From contig CAVSKL010000001.1 in the NCBI GenBank assembly GCA_963728475.1, forward strand, positions 714,523 through 778,522: 64,000 nt of DNA. The letters run 5' to 3'. The position numbers and the translations under genes are program-made. The stretch comes from Candidatus Eiseniibacteriota bacterium (GTDB lineage Bacteria; Eisenbacteria; RBG-16-71-46; JABDJR01). This document shows positions 47,368-56,406 of the stretch, in pieces. The notes under the pieces are model-generated. The model did not search any database. It had not been told where the DNA came from and worked only from the letters and a program-made list of their open reading frames with translations. Every line of letters begins with the position of its first letter. The stretch's first letter is position 1.

Positions 47368-47787
47368 GCGATGGCATCCGTCGACGACCCGGGCTCGCAA
47401 CGCTTCTACCATGGGACGAAGGCCGACCTCAGGCCGGGGGACCTGATCGGGCCCGGCTATGGTTCCAACTACGGCAAGAGGAAGCGGGCGGCCTACGTCT
47501 ATCTGACCGCCACCTTGGACGCGGCCGCATGGGGGGCCGAGCTGGCCCTCGGTGAAGGACCAGGCAGAATCTACATCTCGGAGCCGACCGGCCCGATAGA
47601 AGATGATCCCAATCTGACGGACAAGAAGTACCCGGGCAATCCGACGAAATCGTACCGCTCCCGCGACCCGCTTCGGATCACGGGCGAGATCACGGATTGG
47701 CGGGGGCACTTCTCCGAAGAGCTCAAAGCCATGAAGGACAACCGGGAGCGACTCAAGCGTCTTGGAATTGAGGCGATCGAGGACTGA
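47368..47787 (+). CDS. arr: Arr-family NAD+--rifampin ADP-ribosyltransferase
   Basis: 139 aa. FYHGTKADLRPGDLI, AAWGAELA, YISEPTGPIEDDPNLTDKKYPGNPTKSYRSRDPLRITGEITDWRGH and RLKRLGIEAIED match recalled Arr-2/Arr-ms blocks almost position for position. Confidence 0.75.
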   Translation, partial: AMASVDDPGSQRFYHGTKADLRPGDLIGPGYGSNYGKRKRAAYVYLTATLDAAAWGAELALGEGPGRIYISEPTGPIEDDPNLTDKKYPGNPTKSYRSRDPLRITGEITDWRGHFSEELKAMKDNRERLKRLGIEAIED

Positions 47788-48147
47788 GGAGCGGCCGGGT
47801 ACCTAGAGTCAATCCCGGCGACCGACCTTCGTCGAACTTGAGCATGTCGCCGGTCGCCTTGCCGGCAAAGCCGGGAGTCTCGTGCTCCAGCGGACAGGGG
47901 TCCTCGAGGACGGGCAGGCGAAGGAATCGTACGCCGAGATTCCGGGATCCGGCACGGGGGAGCTGGACGGTCTCGCCGGGCATGGGGAGTCCGCAGTCGA
48001 GCATGGGATGGAGCATCCGTTCTCGCCCGACTACGACTTACCGTAGCCCACGAGTGGCGTCCGCCCCGGAACCTCGTTTTGCGAACTCGGCTGAATGCGG
48101 GTCAGCGCGAAGAGGCGTTTGACGAGGTGTTCCGCCCCTGGCGAGGG

Positions 48148-48579
48148 CTACTCGCAGAAGATGCGGACCTTCTCGCCGTCCTCGGCGGAGACGTCGACGT
48201 GAAGCGCGGAAAGCTCCGCGGTCAGCGCCTCGTCGTCGAGCTTGCCCAGGTGGGAGAGGTCGATGCCCCGCTCGGACAGGCGGCGGCTGACCTTCCCCGG
48301 CATCAGGGTCGAGAGCTTGAGACCGGTGCGGACGAGGCCCAGCGGCACCCGGATGTTGACGTTGTCGCGCTTGGGCGAGTCCACCACGATACGCAGGAAG
48401 CGCAAGCCCCGCCGGTGGCGGCCGCTCTCCCCGCCTCCGACTCCGGCCGCGGCGCCCTCGGCGGCGGCCTCCGGCGCGCCGGGCGAAGCCAGGCGATCGA
48501 GAAGCTTCTCCGCGTCCTCGGGGGTGATTCTCCCGGCCGCGAGCATATCCAGCACCTTGCGTCGCTCCGCCGTCATCAT
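48148..48579 (-). CDS. SHOCT/DUF4097-related small protein (YvlB-like)
   Basis: RKVLDMLAAGRITPEDAEKLLDRL motif. Operon with the DUF2089 gene. Confidence 0.4.
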   Translation of the reverse strand: MMTAERRKVLDMLAAGRITPEDAEKLLDRLASPGAPEAAAEGAAAGVGGGESGRHRRGLRFLRIVVDSPKRDNVNIRVPLGLVRTGLKLSTLMPGKVSRRLSERGIDLSHLGKLDDEALTAELSALHVDVSAEDGEKVRIFCE

Positions 48580-48992
48580 CGTTCTCCTTTCCCGGCGCCC
48601 GTGGGCGCCTCACCGTCTTGCGATTCCCGGTCCGTCGCTCCTCCGCGAAGCTCCGCCAGCGCTTCCTCCACCGTCACTTCTCCCCGCTCCAGCCGATCGA
48701 GGACCTGGAGGTTGGAGGAAGGGGCGTCGAAGGCATGGTCGAGCTTGCCGGCGACGCCATTCAGCCGGTTCTTCACCGTCGGGTAGCTGATGTCGAAGAG
48801 CTCCTCCATGCGCTTGATCGAGCCGTGGCAGCGCACGAAGGCGGTCACGAAGAGCTGCTCCTCCAGGCTCAACCAGGCCAGCGCCGGCACCTCGAACTCC
48901 CCCTCCATGGCCACGTGGCCCTGGGGGCAGTGCAGGCGACGGATCCGCATGGGGGCCCGGCACTCGGGGCAGACCGCTTTCGAAATGTCCAT
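48576..48992 (-). CDS. DUF2089 family protein (zinc ribbon + HTH)
   Basis: CPECRAPMRIRRLHCPQGHVAMEGEF zinc ribbon and a C-terminal HTH-like region. An AT-rich promoter region lies upstream (49000-49110). Confidence 0.5.
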   Translation of the reverse strand: MDISKAVCPECRAPMRIRRLHCPQGHVAMEGEFEVPALAWLSLEEQLFVTAFVRCHGSIKRMEELFDISYPTVKNRLNGVAGKLDHAFDAPSSNLQVLDRLERGEVTVEEALAELRGGATDRESQDGEAPTGAGKGER

Positions 48993-49263
48993 GGGGCGCT
49001 CTCCTTGTTCAAGAAAAGTAGCCGATAAAATTCACAATGTCAATGAGAAGCTTAATTTTCTGAACTTCAGACACCCACTACGATCAACTATCTCAACACT
49101 CCTCAGAGTCAAATGCCCCCCGGGCCCCTAACAACCGCCATTACTTGGAGTTCCCGGGGCCGGGCCGCCCGGGGCGGGGCGCTGGAAGCCGGTGCGCCGG
49201 AGCCGAGGGTAGAATCGAGAGTCCCGTTCGTCAGAGCCCTTGGACCAGGAAAGAGATATCGAC

Positions 49264-49650
49264 ATGAACAAGGCAGGCGCGCAGAAGGACAGGTCTCCTG
49301 CACAACTCATCGACGCGAGGATCGCCGAGCTGGCCGACTGGAGGGGCGAGATGCTCGCCCGGCTCCGCGTCCTGATCAAGGAGGCCGACCCCGAGGTGAC
49401 CGAGGAGTGGAAGTGGGAGACGCCGGTCTGGTCGCACGACGGGCTGATCTGCACCGGCGAGACCTACAAGGACAAGGTGAAGATGACCTTCGCCAAAGGG
49501 GCTTCGCTCGAGGACCCCTCCGGCCTTTTCAACTCGAGCCTCGGAGGCCGGGTCCGGCGCGCCATCGACTTCCGCGAAGGCGGGAAGCTGGACCGGAAGG
49601 CGTTGAAGGCGCTCATCCGGGCCGCGGTGGCCTTGAACACCCGCTCGTGA
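49264..49650 (+). CDS. DUF1801 domain protein
   Basis: EEWKWETPVWSHDGLICTGETYKDKVKMTFAKGASL matches the DUF1801 (YdhG-like) pattern. Confidence 0.5.
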   Translation: MNKAGAQKDRSPAQLIDARIAELADWRGEMLARLRVLIKEADPEVTEEWKWETPVWSHDGLICTGETYKDKVKMTFAKGASLEDPSGLFNSSLGGRVRRAIDFREGGKLDRKALKALIRAAVALNTRS

Positions 49651-49745
49651 GACACCGCGCCTAGGAGAACTCCCACCGGTTAGCTGCGCCGCCGATGAGA
49701 CACCGCGCCGAGGAGAACTCCTACCGGTGAGCTGCGCCGCCGATG
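49651..49745. repeat. Tandem 47-bp direct repeat x2 (GAGACACCGCGCCKAGGAGAACTCCYACCGGTKAGCTGCGCCGCCGAT)
   Basis: Seen directly. Contains a GGTTAGCTG motif also present at 34436. A (GGGTC)5 run follows at 49977-50005. Confidence 0.7.
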
Positions 49746-50067
49746 AGAGCAATCGCCGCCCGCCGCGCGCGCGCGACCCCATGGGCCGCACCTACCCCTA
49801 GCCGCTCGCCGGCCCCGCAGGGCTAGCAGCCCCCCCCCACCGCGCACCACCGGGGGCCAGCACGAGCAACCCGGTTCTTCCTTTTCCAGCGCCATCGCGC
49901 GTCGGCGCCCCACCCCCATCGTGTCCGTCATGGCTTGCCACGGCGGGCCGGGAACGGGCGAGACTCCCGGTATCCGTCGGGTCGGGTCGGGTCGGGTCGG
50001 GTCGGCTCGCCTCGGCCGGACCGGCCGGGCGAAGCGTCACCGGGCAAGATGAAGAGGCCGCATCCCC

Positions 50068-50364
50068 ATGGATCCGGCGGTCATGATAAGGGACGAGACC
50101 GGCGCCGATATCGGCGCCATCACCGAAGTGACGAGGGCTGCGTTCAGCACCTTGGAGGTCAGCAACCAGACCGAGCACTTCATCGTCGCGGCCCTCCGCG
50201 CCGCCGGCGCCCGCACAACCTCCCTGGTGGCCGAGTTGGACGGCCGGGTGGTGGGCCACCTCGCATTCTCTCCGGTCACGATGTCCGACGCCACCCCGTT
50301 GACGGCAGTCGCGGGTGCGGGCAGGCTTGCCGGGCGGCCGCGAAGCGACTTCCAGGAAGAATGA
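50068..50364 (+). pseudogene. GNAT N-acetyltransferase fragment (probably frameshifted or truncated)
   Basis: The N-terminal 75 aa resemble YhbS-type GNAT (VVGHLAFSPV). The ORF ends where the acetyl-CoA binding motif should be. Confidence 0.35.
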
Positions 50365-50371
50365 GGCCCCC

Positions 50372-51025
50372 ATGCCGGTACCGGACCCTTCCCCCCACCC
50401 GCGGCTCCCGCCCCCCGGGCCCCAGGACTATTCCGAGGCGGAAGACTGGCCGGGCTACTTCACGTCCGTGCTGGGGAAGCCGGCGCGCGATACCCTGCTC
50501 GCGGCCCTGGAGTCGTTTTCGAAAGAAGGCTTTGCCGGCCTCGGGGTCGACATCGCCGCGGGCGAGGGGCGGGATGCGCTGGAGTTGCTCCGGCGAGGAT
50601 GGCGGGTGGTGGCCACCGACGGCCATCCGGACGCCTTTCCCCTCCTGTGGTCCCGTGTACCGGAAGAGCAGAAGGCGCGGTTGACCACGGTGGAGGTCGA
50701 CTTCGCGGAGATGCAGGTGCCCGACTGCGACCTGGTGAACGCGAGCTTCGCGTTGCCCTCCTGCCGGCCGGAGGACTTTCCGGCTCTATGGATCCGGATC
50801 GCCGGGGCGATCCGTACCGGCGGCCGGTTCGCGGGGCAGTTTTTCGGGGACCGCGACACCTGGGCGTCGATGCCGGGGCGGACGCACCACTCCCGCGAGG
50901 AGGTCCTGGCGCTTCTGGAGGGCTTCGAGATCGAGATGATGCGCGTGGAGGAGCGGGACGACCCGCCCGGTCTCCGGAAGCCCAAGCACTGGCATATTTT
51001 TCACATGGTGGCGAGGAAGCGGTGA
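50372..51025 (+). CDS. SAM-dependent methyltransferase (TehB-like)
   Basis: 217 aa. LGVDIAAGEGRDALELLRRGWRVVATD is a motif I-like region. Confidence 0.45.
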   Translation: MPVPDPSPHPRLPPPGPQDYSEAEDWPGYFTSVLGKPARDTLLAALESFSKEGFAGLGVDIAAGEGRDALELLRRGWRVVATDGHPDAFPLLWSRVPEEQKARLTTVEVDFAEMQVPDCDLVNASFALPSCRPEDFPALWIRIAGAIRTGGRFAGQFFGDRDTWASMPGRTHHSREEVLALLEGFEIEMMRVEERDDPPGLRKPKHWHIFHMVARKR

Positions 51026-51400
51026 TCCGGCTCTACAGCGCCGACGGCCGTATCCGCGAGTTGTCGAAGAGGGCCGACCGGGCCAAGGCGAACGAGGCCC
51101 TGACCCCCTGAGCGCCGCCCGGGAGATTCACCACGGGATCGGCGCTCCTTGGGACCGGCCCCGCGTTGAATCCCGCCGGCATTGCTGTAATCTCTGCCCA
51201 CGCCCGGGGTGAACGGGTCTGCCTCCGGCCGGGGTTTTCACCCCGGCTCTGACTGCCGGCCCCGGTGCCGGTGGTCAACTTCGCACCGCTCATTTGGGCC
51301 GCGTACGCCCCGTGGTCGTCGCTGGCCGGCCAGGGGGCCTGATTCTCCGGCCCTGCAGCCCGGCGCACGCCGGCGGGCATCGAGCAATAGGAAGGCCGCC

Positions 51401-52003
51401 ATGGCCGAGGTTCTGTTGTTCCATCACGCGCAGGGAAAGACCCCGGGGATGGCGGCGTTCGCCGACACCCTCCGCCGGGCCGGGCATACCGTGCACGCGC
51501 CCGACCTCTTCGACGGCCGCACCTTCGGAAGCATTCCCGAAGGCATGGCCTTCGTGGAGGAGCTGGGCTTTGCCGAGGTGATCGCCCGGGGTGAGCGCGC
51601 CGCGGCGCCGCTCCCGGAGGCGCTGGTTTTCATCGGCTTCTCCCTGGGCGTGGTCCCGGCGCAGAAGCTGGCCCAGACCCGGCCCGGCGCGCGGGGCGCC
51701 GTCCTTTGCCATTCCTGCGTCCCCCGCAGCGAGTTCGGCGACGCCTGGCCGGAAGGCGTTCCGGTCCAGATCCACGGCATGGACGCCGATCCGATCTTCG
51801 TGGGGGAGGGCGACCTCGACGCGGCCCGGGCCCTGGTCGCCGAAACCGAGGACGCGGAGATCTTCCTCTACCCCGGCGACCGGCACTACTTCGCCGACCG
51901 CTCGCTCCCGTCCTACGACCCCCCGGCCGCCGAGCTTCTCACCCAGCGCGTGCTCGCGTTCTTGGCCGCGCCTCGCCGGGCCGGCGGGACCCAGGCGCCA
52001 TGA
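51401..52003 (+). CDS. Dienelactone hydrolase family protein
   Basis: 200 aa. GFSLG nucleophile elbow and HGMDAD/DRHYF C-terminal motifs. Confidence 0.6.
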   Translation: MAEVLLFHHAQGKTPGMAAFADTLRRAGHTVHAPDLFDGRTFGSIPEGMAFVEELGFAEVIARGERAAAPLPEALVFIGFSLGVVPAQKLAQTRPGARGAVLCHSCVPRSEFGDAWPEGVPVQIHGMDADPIFVGEGDLDAARALVAETEDAEIFLYPGDRHYFADRSLPSYDPPAAELLTQRVLAFLAAPRRAGGTQAP

Positions 52004-52989
52004 CGTCCCGGCCGCCGGCCGATCCTACCCGCGCCGCGGTGCTGGGGTGGCTCCTGGACGGCGATCCCGCGATCCGGATCCGGTGGCAGGCCCTGCGCGA
52101 CCTCACCGGCGCGCCCGCGGCCGACGTCTCCGCCACGCGATCGCGGGTCGCCGTCGAGGGCGTGGGGGCCCGGCTCCTGGCCTCCCAGCGGCCCGACGGC
52201 AACTGGGGGGAGCCGCCGTACTGGCGGCCCAACCTCTTCACCATGCTGTACCTCAGGGACCTCGGGATCGACCCCGCGAGCGGCCCCGCGCGGCGGGCGG
52301 CGGCGCTCCTCCGGGAACGGGTGACCTGGGGCGAGGAGTTCGGCGACCTGCAGTTCTTCGAGGGCGAGGTCGAGCCCTGCATCAACGGGAACGTGCTGGC
52401 GGTGGGGAGCTACTTCGGCGAGCCCAGCGACCGGCTGGCCGAGCGGCTCCTGGGGGAGCAACTCGCCGACGGCGGCTGGAACTGCGAGGCGGAGCGGGGC
52501 TCGGTGCGGTCCTCGTTCCATACCACGATCTGCGTCCTGGGCGGGCTCCTGGAATACGAAAAGGCCGCGGGGGCCTCGGGGCAGGTCGCCCGCGCCCGGG
52601 CCCGCGCCGAGGAGTACCTGCTGGAGCGGGGGCTCTTCCGGCGGCTCTCCACCGGCGAGGTGATCGACCCCAAGTTCGCGGAGTTCAGCTTCCCCACCAT
52701 CTGGCGGTTCGATGTGCTGCGGGGGCTGGAGTATCTGCGGAATGCGGGCATCCCGCCCGGCGAGCGAATGGCCGAGGCCGCGGCGCTGGTGGCCGGGGCG
52801 CGGCGGACGGACGGGCGGTGGCTCCTGGGCGAGCCCCACCGCGACTCGATCTACCGCGACGTGGAGGACGGCGCGGGGCGGCCCAGCCGATGGATCACGC
52901 TGCGCGCCCGGCGTGTCCTGGACTGGTACCGGGGGCCGTGGATAGGGACCGGCTCTCCGTGCCGGCCACCTTCATCGGAGACCCCATGA
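52000..52989 (+). CDS. Prenyltransferase/squalene-oxidase repeat (alpha-alpha toroid) protein
   Basis: Repeated QxxDGxW motifs (QRPDGNWGE, QLADGGWNCE, RRTDGRW). ATGA start overlap with the preceding gene. Confidence 0.4.
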   Translation: MTSRPPADPTRAAVLGWLLDGDPAIRIRWQALRDLTGAPAADVSATRSRVAVEGVGARLLASQRPDGNWGEPPYWRPNLFTMLYLRDLGIDPASGPARRAAALLRERVTWGEEFGDLQFFEGEVEPCINGNVLAVGSYFGEPSDRLAERLLGEQLADGGWNCEAERGSVRSSFHTTICVLGGLLEYEKAAGASGQVARARARAEEYLLERGLFRRLSTGEVIDPKFAEFSFPTIWRFDVLRGLEYLRNAGIPPGERMAEAAALVAGARRTDGRWLLGEPHRDSIYRDVEDGAGRPSRWITLRARRVLDWYRGPWIGTGSPCRPPSSETP

Positions 52990-53585
52990 TCCGCCTCACT
53001 TCCGACTTCGCCATCTATCCGGTGCACCTGGCCTTCTGGGCCTCGTTCGGGATCACCCAGCGGTTCCGGGGCGCGGGGACCGCCGCCTCCGGATCCGCGC
53101 CCGCCGCCTCGGTCCCCGCCGCGGCGCGCTTCTCGCGACTGGTGTTCGCCGTCCACATCCTGGCTTTCGCGGTGATGTACGCCGGGATCGGCGGGGCGGT
53201 GTTCACCGGCACCGTGCCCCACTGGCTCCCCGGCCAGGGCATCCTGGGCACCCTCGTCATGGCCGCCGGGGCGTGGATCATGTGCTGGTCCCTGCTCTAC
53301 TTCCGCTCCTGGCGGTTCCGGGCCGCCCTCGACGCCGGCCACCAGCTGGCCACCGGCGGCCCCTACGCCCTCGTGCGCCATCCCATCTACGCCGGCATGA
53401 ACCTCCTCGCCCTGGGCACCGCGATATGGATTCCCGGCGTGCTCACCGTGGCGGCGTTGATCCTGATGGTCCTGGGGAGCGATCTGCGGGGGCGTGCCGA
53501 GGAGAAGCTCCTGCTCGTGGCCTTCGGCGAGGAGTACCGGAGCTACCGTGCCCGCACCAAGCGCTTTCTCCCCGGGATCTACTGA
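52986..53585 (+). CDS. ICMT/phospholipid methyltransferase family protein (second copy in the window)
   Basis: RHPIYAG and EE..L...FG..Y..Y...TKRFLPGIY. Confidence 0.6.
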   Translation: MIRLTSDFAIYPVHLAFWASFGITQRFRGAGTAASGSAPAASVPAAARFSRLVFAVHILAFAVMYAGIGGAVFTGTVPHWLPGQGILGTLVMAAGAWIMCWSLLYFRSWRFRAALDAGHQLATGGPYALVRHPIYAGMNLLALGTAIWIPGVLTVAALILMVLGSDLRGRAEEKLLLVAFGEEYRSYRARTKRFLPGIY

Positions 53586-53762
53586 CACTCCCTTGGAAGA
53601 GCCGCATCCGGCCGCGCCCGGACCCCGGCTTCCCGTCCCGCCCCCCCCGGGGGTATCCTCGCCCCCGTCCGGCATCCGGCACCCCGCCGCGCGGGGCGGA
53701 GCGGTGCCCGGCCGCCCAGGGCCCGGACCCCGGATGCGAGCGGACCTGAGCGGAGGCGCGAG

Positions 53763-54416
53763 TTGACCGACGGATTTCTCCACAAGTACTTCCTCAACAA
53801 CGCCCACAAGCGCCTGCACAAGTGGGTCCACTACTTCGACATCTACGAACGCCACCTCGAACGCTTCCGGAACCGGTCGCCGGTGATGATCGAGATCGGA
53901 GTCATGGGGGGCGGGTCGCTGGCCATGTGGAAGGAGTACTTCGGCCCGGGAAGCCGGATCGTCGGCATCGACGTCGATTCCGCCTGCAAGGCGCACGAAG
54001 GGGACGGCATCGAGGTCGTGGTCGGAAGCCAGGACGACCCCGCCGTGATCGAGTCCATCTTCGCCAGGCATCCCCGGGTGGATATCGTCCTCGACGACGG
54101 CAGCCACCGGATGAACCACATGATCGCCTCCTTCAATCTCATGTACGAACGGGTGCACCCCGACGGCGTCTACCTGGTCGAGGACACGCACACCTGCTAT
54201 TGGAAGGAGTACGGCGGCGGCCTGGAGCGGGAGGGAAGCTTCATGGAGTTCGTGAAGCACAAGCTCGACGAGATCAACGCCGTGCATACCAAGGGGGCGC
54301 TGCCGGTTTCGGAATTCACCCGGTCCACCGCCTGCGTCGCCTGCTACGACAGCGTCGTCGTGTTCGAGCGCCGGCGGCAAGGGGCGAGGCAGGCCCCGGT
54401 CACCCAGGGCATGTGA
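53763..54416 (+). CDS. CmcI-family (cephalosporin-hydroxylase-like) class I SAM methyltransferase
   Basis: HKWVHYFDIYERHLERFRNRSPVMIEIGVMGGGSLAMWKEYFG is the characteristic CmcI/O-methyltransferase N-terminus. TTG start. GC about 60%. Confidence 0.55.
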   Translation: MTDGFLHKYFLNNAHKRLHKWVHYFDIYERHLERFRNRSPVMIEIGVMGGGSLAMWKEYFGPGSRIVGIDVDSACKAHEGDGIEVVVGSQDDPAVIESIFARHPRVDIVLDDGSHRMNHMIASFNLMYERVHPDGVYLVEDTHTCYWKEYGGGLEREGSFMEFVKHKLDEINAVHTKGALPVSEFTRSTACVACYDSVVVFERRRQGARQAPVTQGM

Positions 54417-54543
54417 CCGGCAGTCCGTCTTCCGGCGGGCTTCCATCTTCTCCTCGACGGAAGCCCCATCCGTCGCTACAGACCCGCTATGCTTGCCCTC
54501 AAGGGGCCCCGCAACGTCCGCGCGCCCATCGGGGAGGAAACCC

Positions 54544-55212
54544 ATGTCCCTCTTTCGCGTCTCGACCTTCGCGGTCTCGCTGGACGGCTTCGGCGCCGGC
54601 CCCGGCCAGGACCTGCAAAACCCGCTCGGTGTCCGCGGCTCCGAGCTCATGGAGTGGTTCTTCGCCACCCGGGCCTGGAGGAGCATGCAGGGCCAGCCCG
54701 GCGGCGAGACCGGGGTGGATCACCGGATGGCCGAGGCCGGGCTGTCGGGGATCGGGGCGTGGATCCTGGGGCGGAACATGTTCGGTCCGGTGCGGGGACC
54801 GTGGCCCGACCTGACCTGGCGCGGCTGGTGGGGCGAGGAGCCGCCCTATCACGTTCCCGTGTTCGTCCTCACCCACCACGCCCGGGAGTCCCTGGAGATG
54901 GCGGGCGGCACCGTCTTCCACTTTGTCACCGGAGGCATCGGCGAGGCGCTGGACCGGGCCCGGGCCGCCGCCGGCGACCGCGACGTGCGGCTGGGCGGGG
55001 GCGTGGCCGTCATTCGCCAATACCTGGAGGCGGGCCTCCTGGACGAGCTTCACCTCGTGCTGCGGCCGGTGCTCCTGGGTTCGGGGGAGGCGCTGTTTGC
55101 CGGGCTCGACCTCCGCGCCCTGGGCTATACCTGCGCCGAGCAGCTCCCGGGCGAGCGCGGTCTGCACACGTTCCTTCGCCGGCAGGCCCCTGCGCGGGTT
55201 CCTCCGGGCTGA
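54544..55212 (+). CDS. Dihydrofolate reductase family protein (RibD C-terminal domain-like)
   Basis: MSLFRVSTFAVSLDGFGAG is the typical start of YwjB/RibD_C-family reductases. Confidence 0.6.
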   Translation: MSLFRVSTFAVSLDGFGAGPGQDLQNPLGVRGSELMEWFFATRAWRSMQGQPGGETGVDHRMAEAGLSGIGAWILGRNMFGPVRGPWPDLTWRGWWGEEPPYHVPVFVLTHHARESLEMAGGTVFHFVTGGIGEALDRARAAAGDRDVRLGGGVAVIRQYLEAGLLDELHLVLRPVLLGSGEALFAGLDLRALGYTCAEQLPGERGLHTFLRRQAPARVPPG

Positions 55213-55290
55213 GCTGCCGCGGTGTGATCGTCCACGACGCCTGGGCCTACCGGCGGGTCCGGCAACTGCTCGAGCACCAAGGCGCGGTCG

Positions 55291-56127
55291 CTACGGCCCC
55301 AGCGGGATGAACCGGGAGTGCGGAAGCGAAGACCGGTAGAGGACCACCGTCACCGCCACCACCAGGGCGGTGGCGGCCAGCAGGCTCCCGCGCCGGAGCC
55401 GCCGGTCGGCCGGGTTCCGCAGGCTGGGATAGAAAAGGTACCCCAGCGCCACCCCGCACACGAATCCGCCCAGGTGCGCGACCAGGTCCACGTTCATTTT
55501 CCGCCCGCCGACCAGGTTGAAGAACGCGAAGAAAAGGATCGGCGGGAGGAGCGCGCGCTTCATCGCCCGGGTGGGGAGCGGCGTGGTGAGCACGGCCAGG
55601 AACATCCCGCAGAGCCCCATGATCGCGCCCGAGGCCCCCACCGCGGCCGCGGCCCGGTGCCAGTGGAGGCTGGCCACGCTGGCGGCCAGCCCGGACAGGA
55701 AATAGACCGCGGTGAACCGCTCCCACCCCGCCCACGGCTCCAGGAGGATCCCCAGGTAGAGGAGCGCGAACATGTTGAAGCCCAGGTGGAGAATGCCGGC
55801 GTGGAGGAAGGTCGAGGTGATGAGCCGCCACCACTGGCCGCCCAGGGTGAGCGGCCCGTAGTTGGCGCCCCAGTCGATCAGCCGCTCCGCGTCGGGGCTG
55901 AAGAAGTCCATCCCGCGCAGCACCATCAGTGCGAAGATCGCCGCGTTGAGGTAGATGAGGACCGGGGTGACCACCACCCGCTTCTGCTCGAAGCGGAAGA
56001 CCGAGGCGAAGAGCCGGAGCGTACGATGCCCCCCGCTCCGCGGCCCCGCCGGACCCGGCTGCTCCTGGTTCTTCTCGATACCCAAACCGGGTCTCCTCGC
56101 CGTTCGTCCGGAGCGGGCCGGCGGCAT
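55291..56127 (-). CDS. Rhomboid family intramembrane serine protease
   Basis: GASGAIMGL (catalytic Ser) and AHLGGF (catalytic His) motifs. The N-terminal start is uncertain. Confidence 0.6.
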   Translation of the reverse strand: MPPARSGRTARRPGLGIEKNQEQPGPAGPRSGGHRTLRLFASVFRFEQKRVVVTPVLIYLNAAIFALMVLRGMDFFSPDAERLIDWGANYGPLTLGGQWWRLITSTFLHAGILHLGFNMFALLYLGILLEPWAGWERFTAVYFLSGLAASVASLHWHRAAAAVGASGAIMGLCGMFLAVLTTPLPTRAMKRALLPPILFFAFFNLVGGRKMNVDLVAHLGGFVCGVALGYLFYPSLRNPADRRLRRGSLLAATALVVAVTVVLYRSSLPHSRFIPLGP

Positions 56128-56406
56128 CCCCGGCGGCCCCGGGGCCGGACCCGAGGCGATGGTACCGGATCGGGAGGCCGGTAGGGGCCCCGGGCGGCGT
56201 GGGAAGCGCGCCCGGGCGGCGGAGACGGCGGGGGCCTTCCCGGGGCGGAGCGATACACGGGGGGCGGTTCGAGTGACGGGGCCCGGCGGGCCGCACCCGT
56301 TCCCCCGGCAAGAAAACGGCCCCGGCCCCTCCGCCCGCGCGGAGAGGGCCGGCGCCGCCGCGATTCCGGCCGGGGCCACGGCGGGCGGGCCCGCCGGGTT
56401 CCCCGA

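Larger units (their letters stand above)
28523..47790 (+). mobile_element. Chromosomal (sedentary-type) integron: intI pseudogene, attI, array of at least 14 cassettes, interrupted by an IS21-family element
   Basis: IntI homologue, a GTTAGCC crossover-like site at 29911, and a series of + strand small ORFs each followed by an imperfect inverted repeat with RYYYAAC...GTTRRRY-like ends. GC composition varies from cassette to cassette. Confidence 0.7.

Noticed and set aside
47753-48016. 87-aa minus-strand ORF after arr (…HETPGFAGKATGDMLKFDEG…)
   Set aside because: Could be a gene fragment at the array-chromosome junction, but I could not assign a family or a convincing start, so it is left uncalled.
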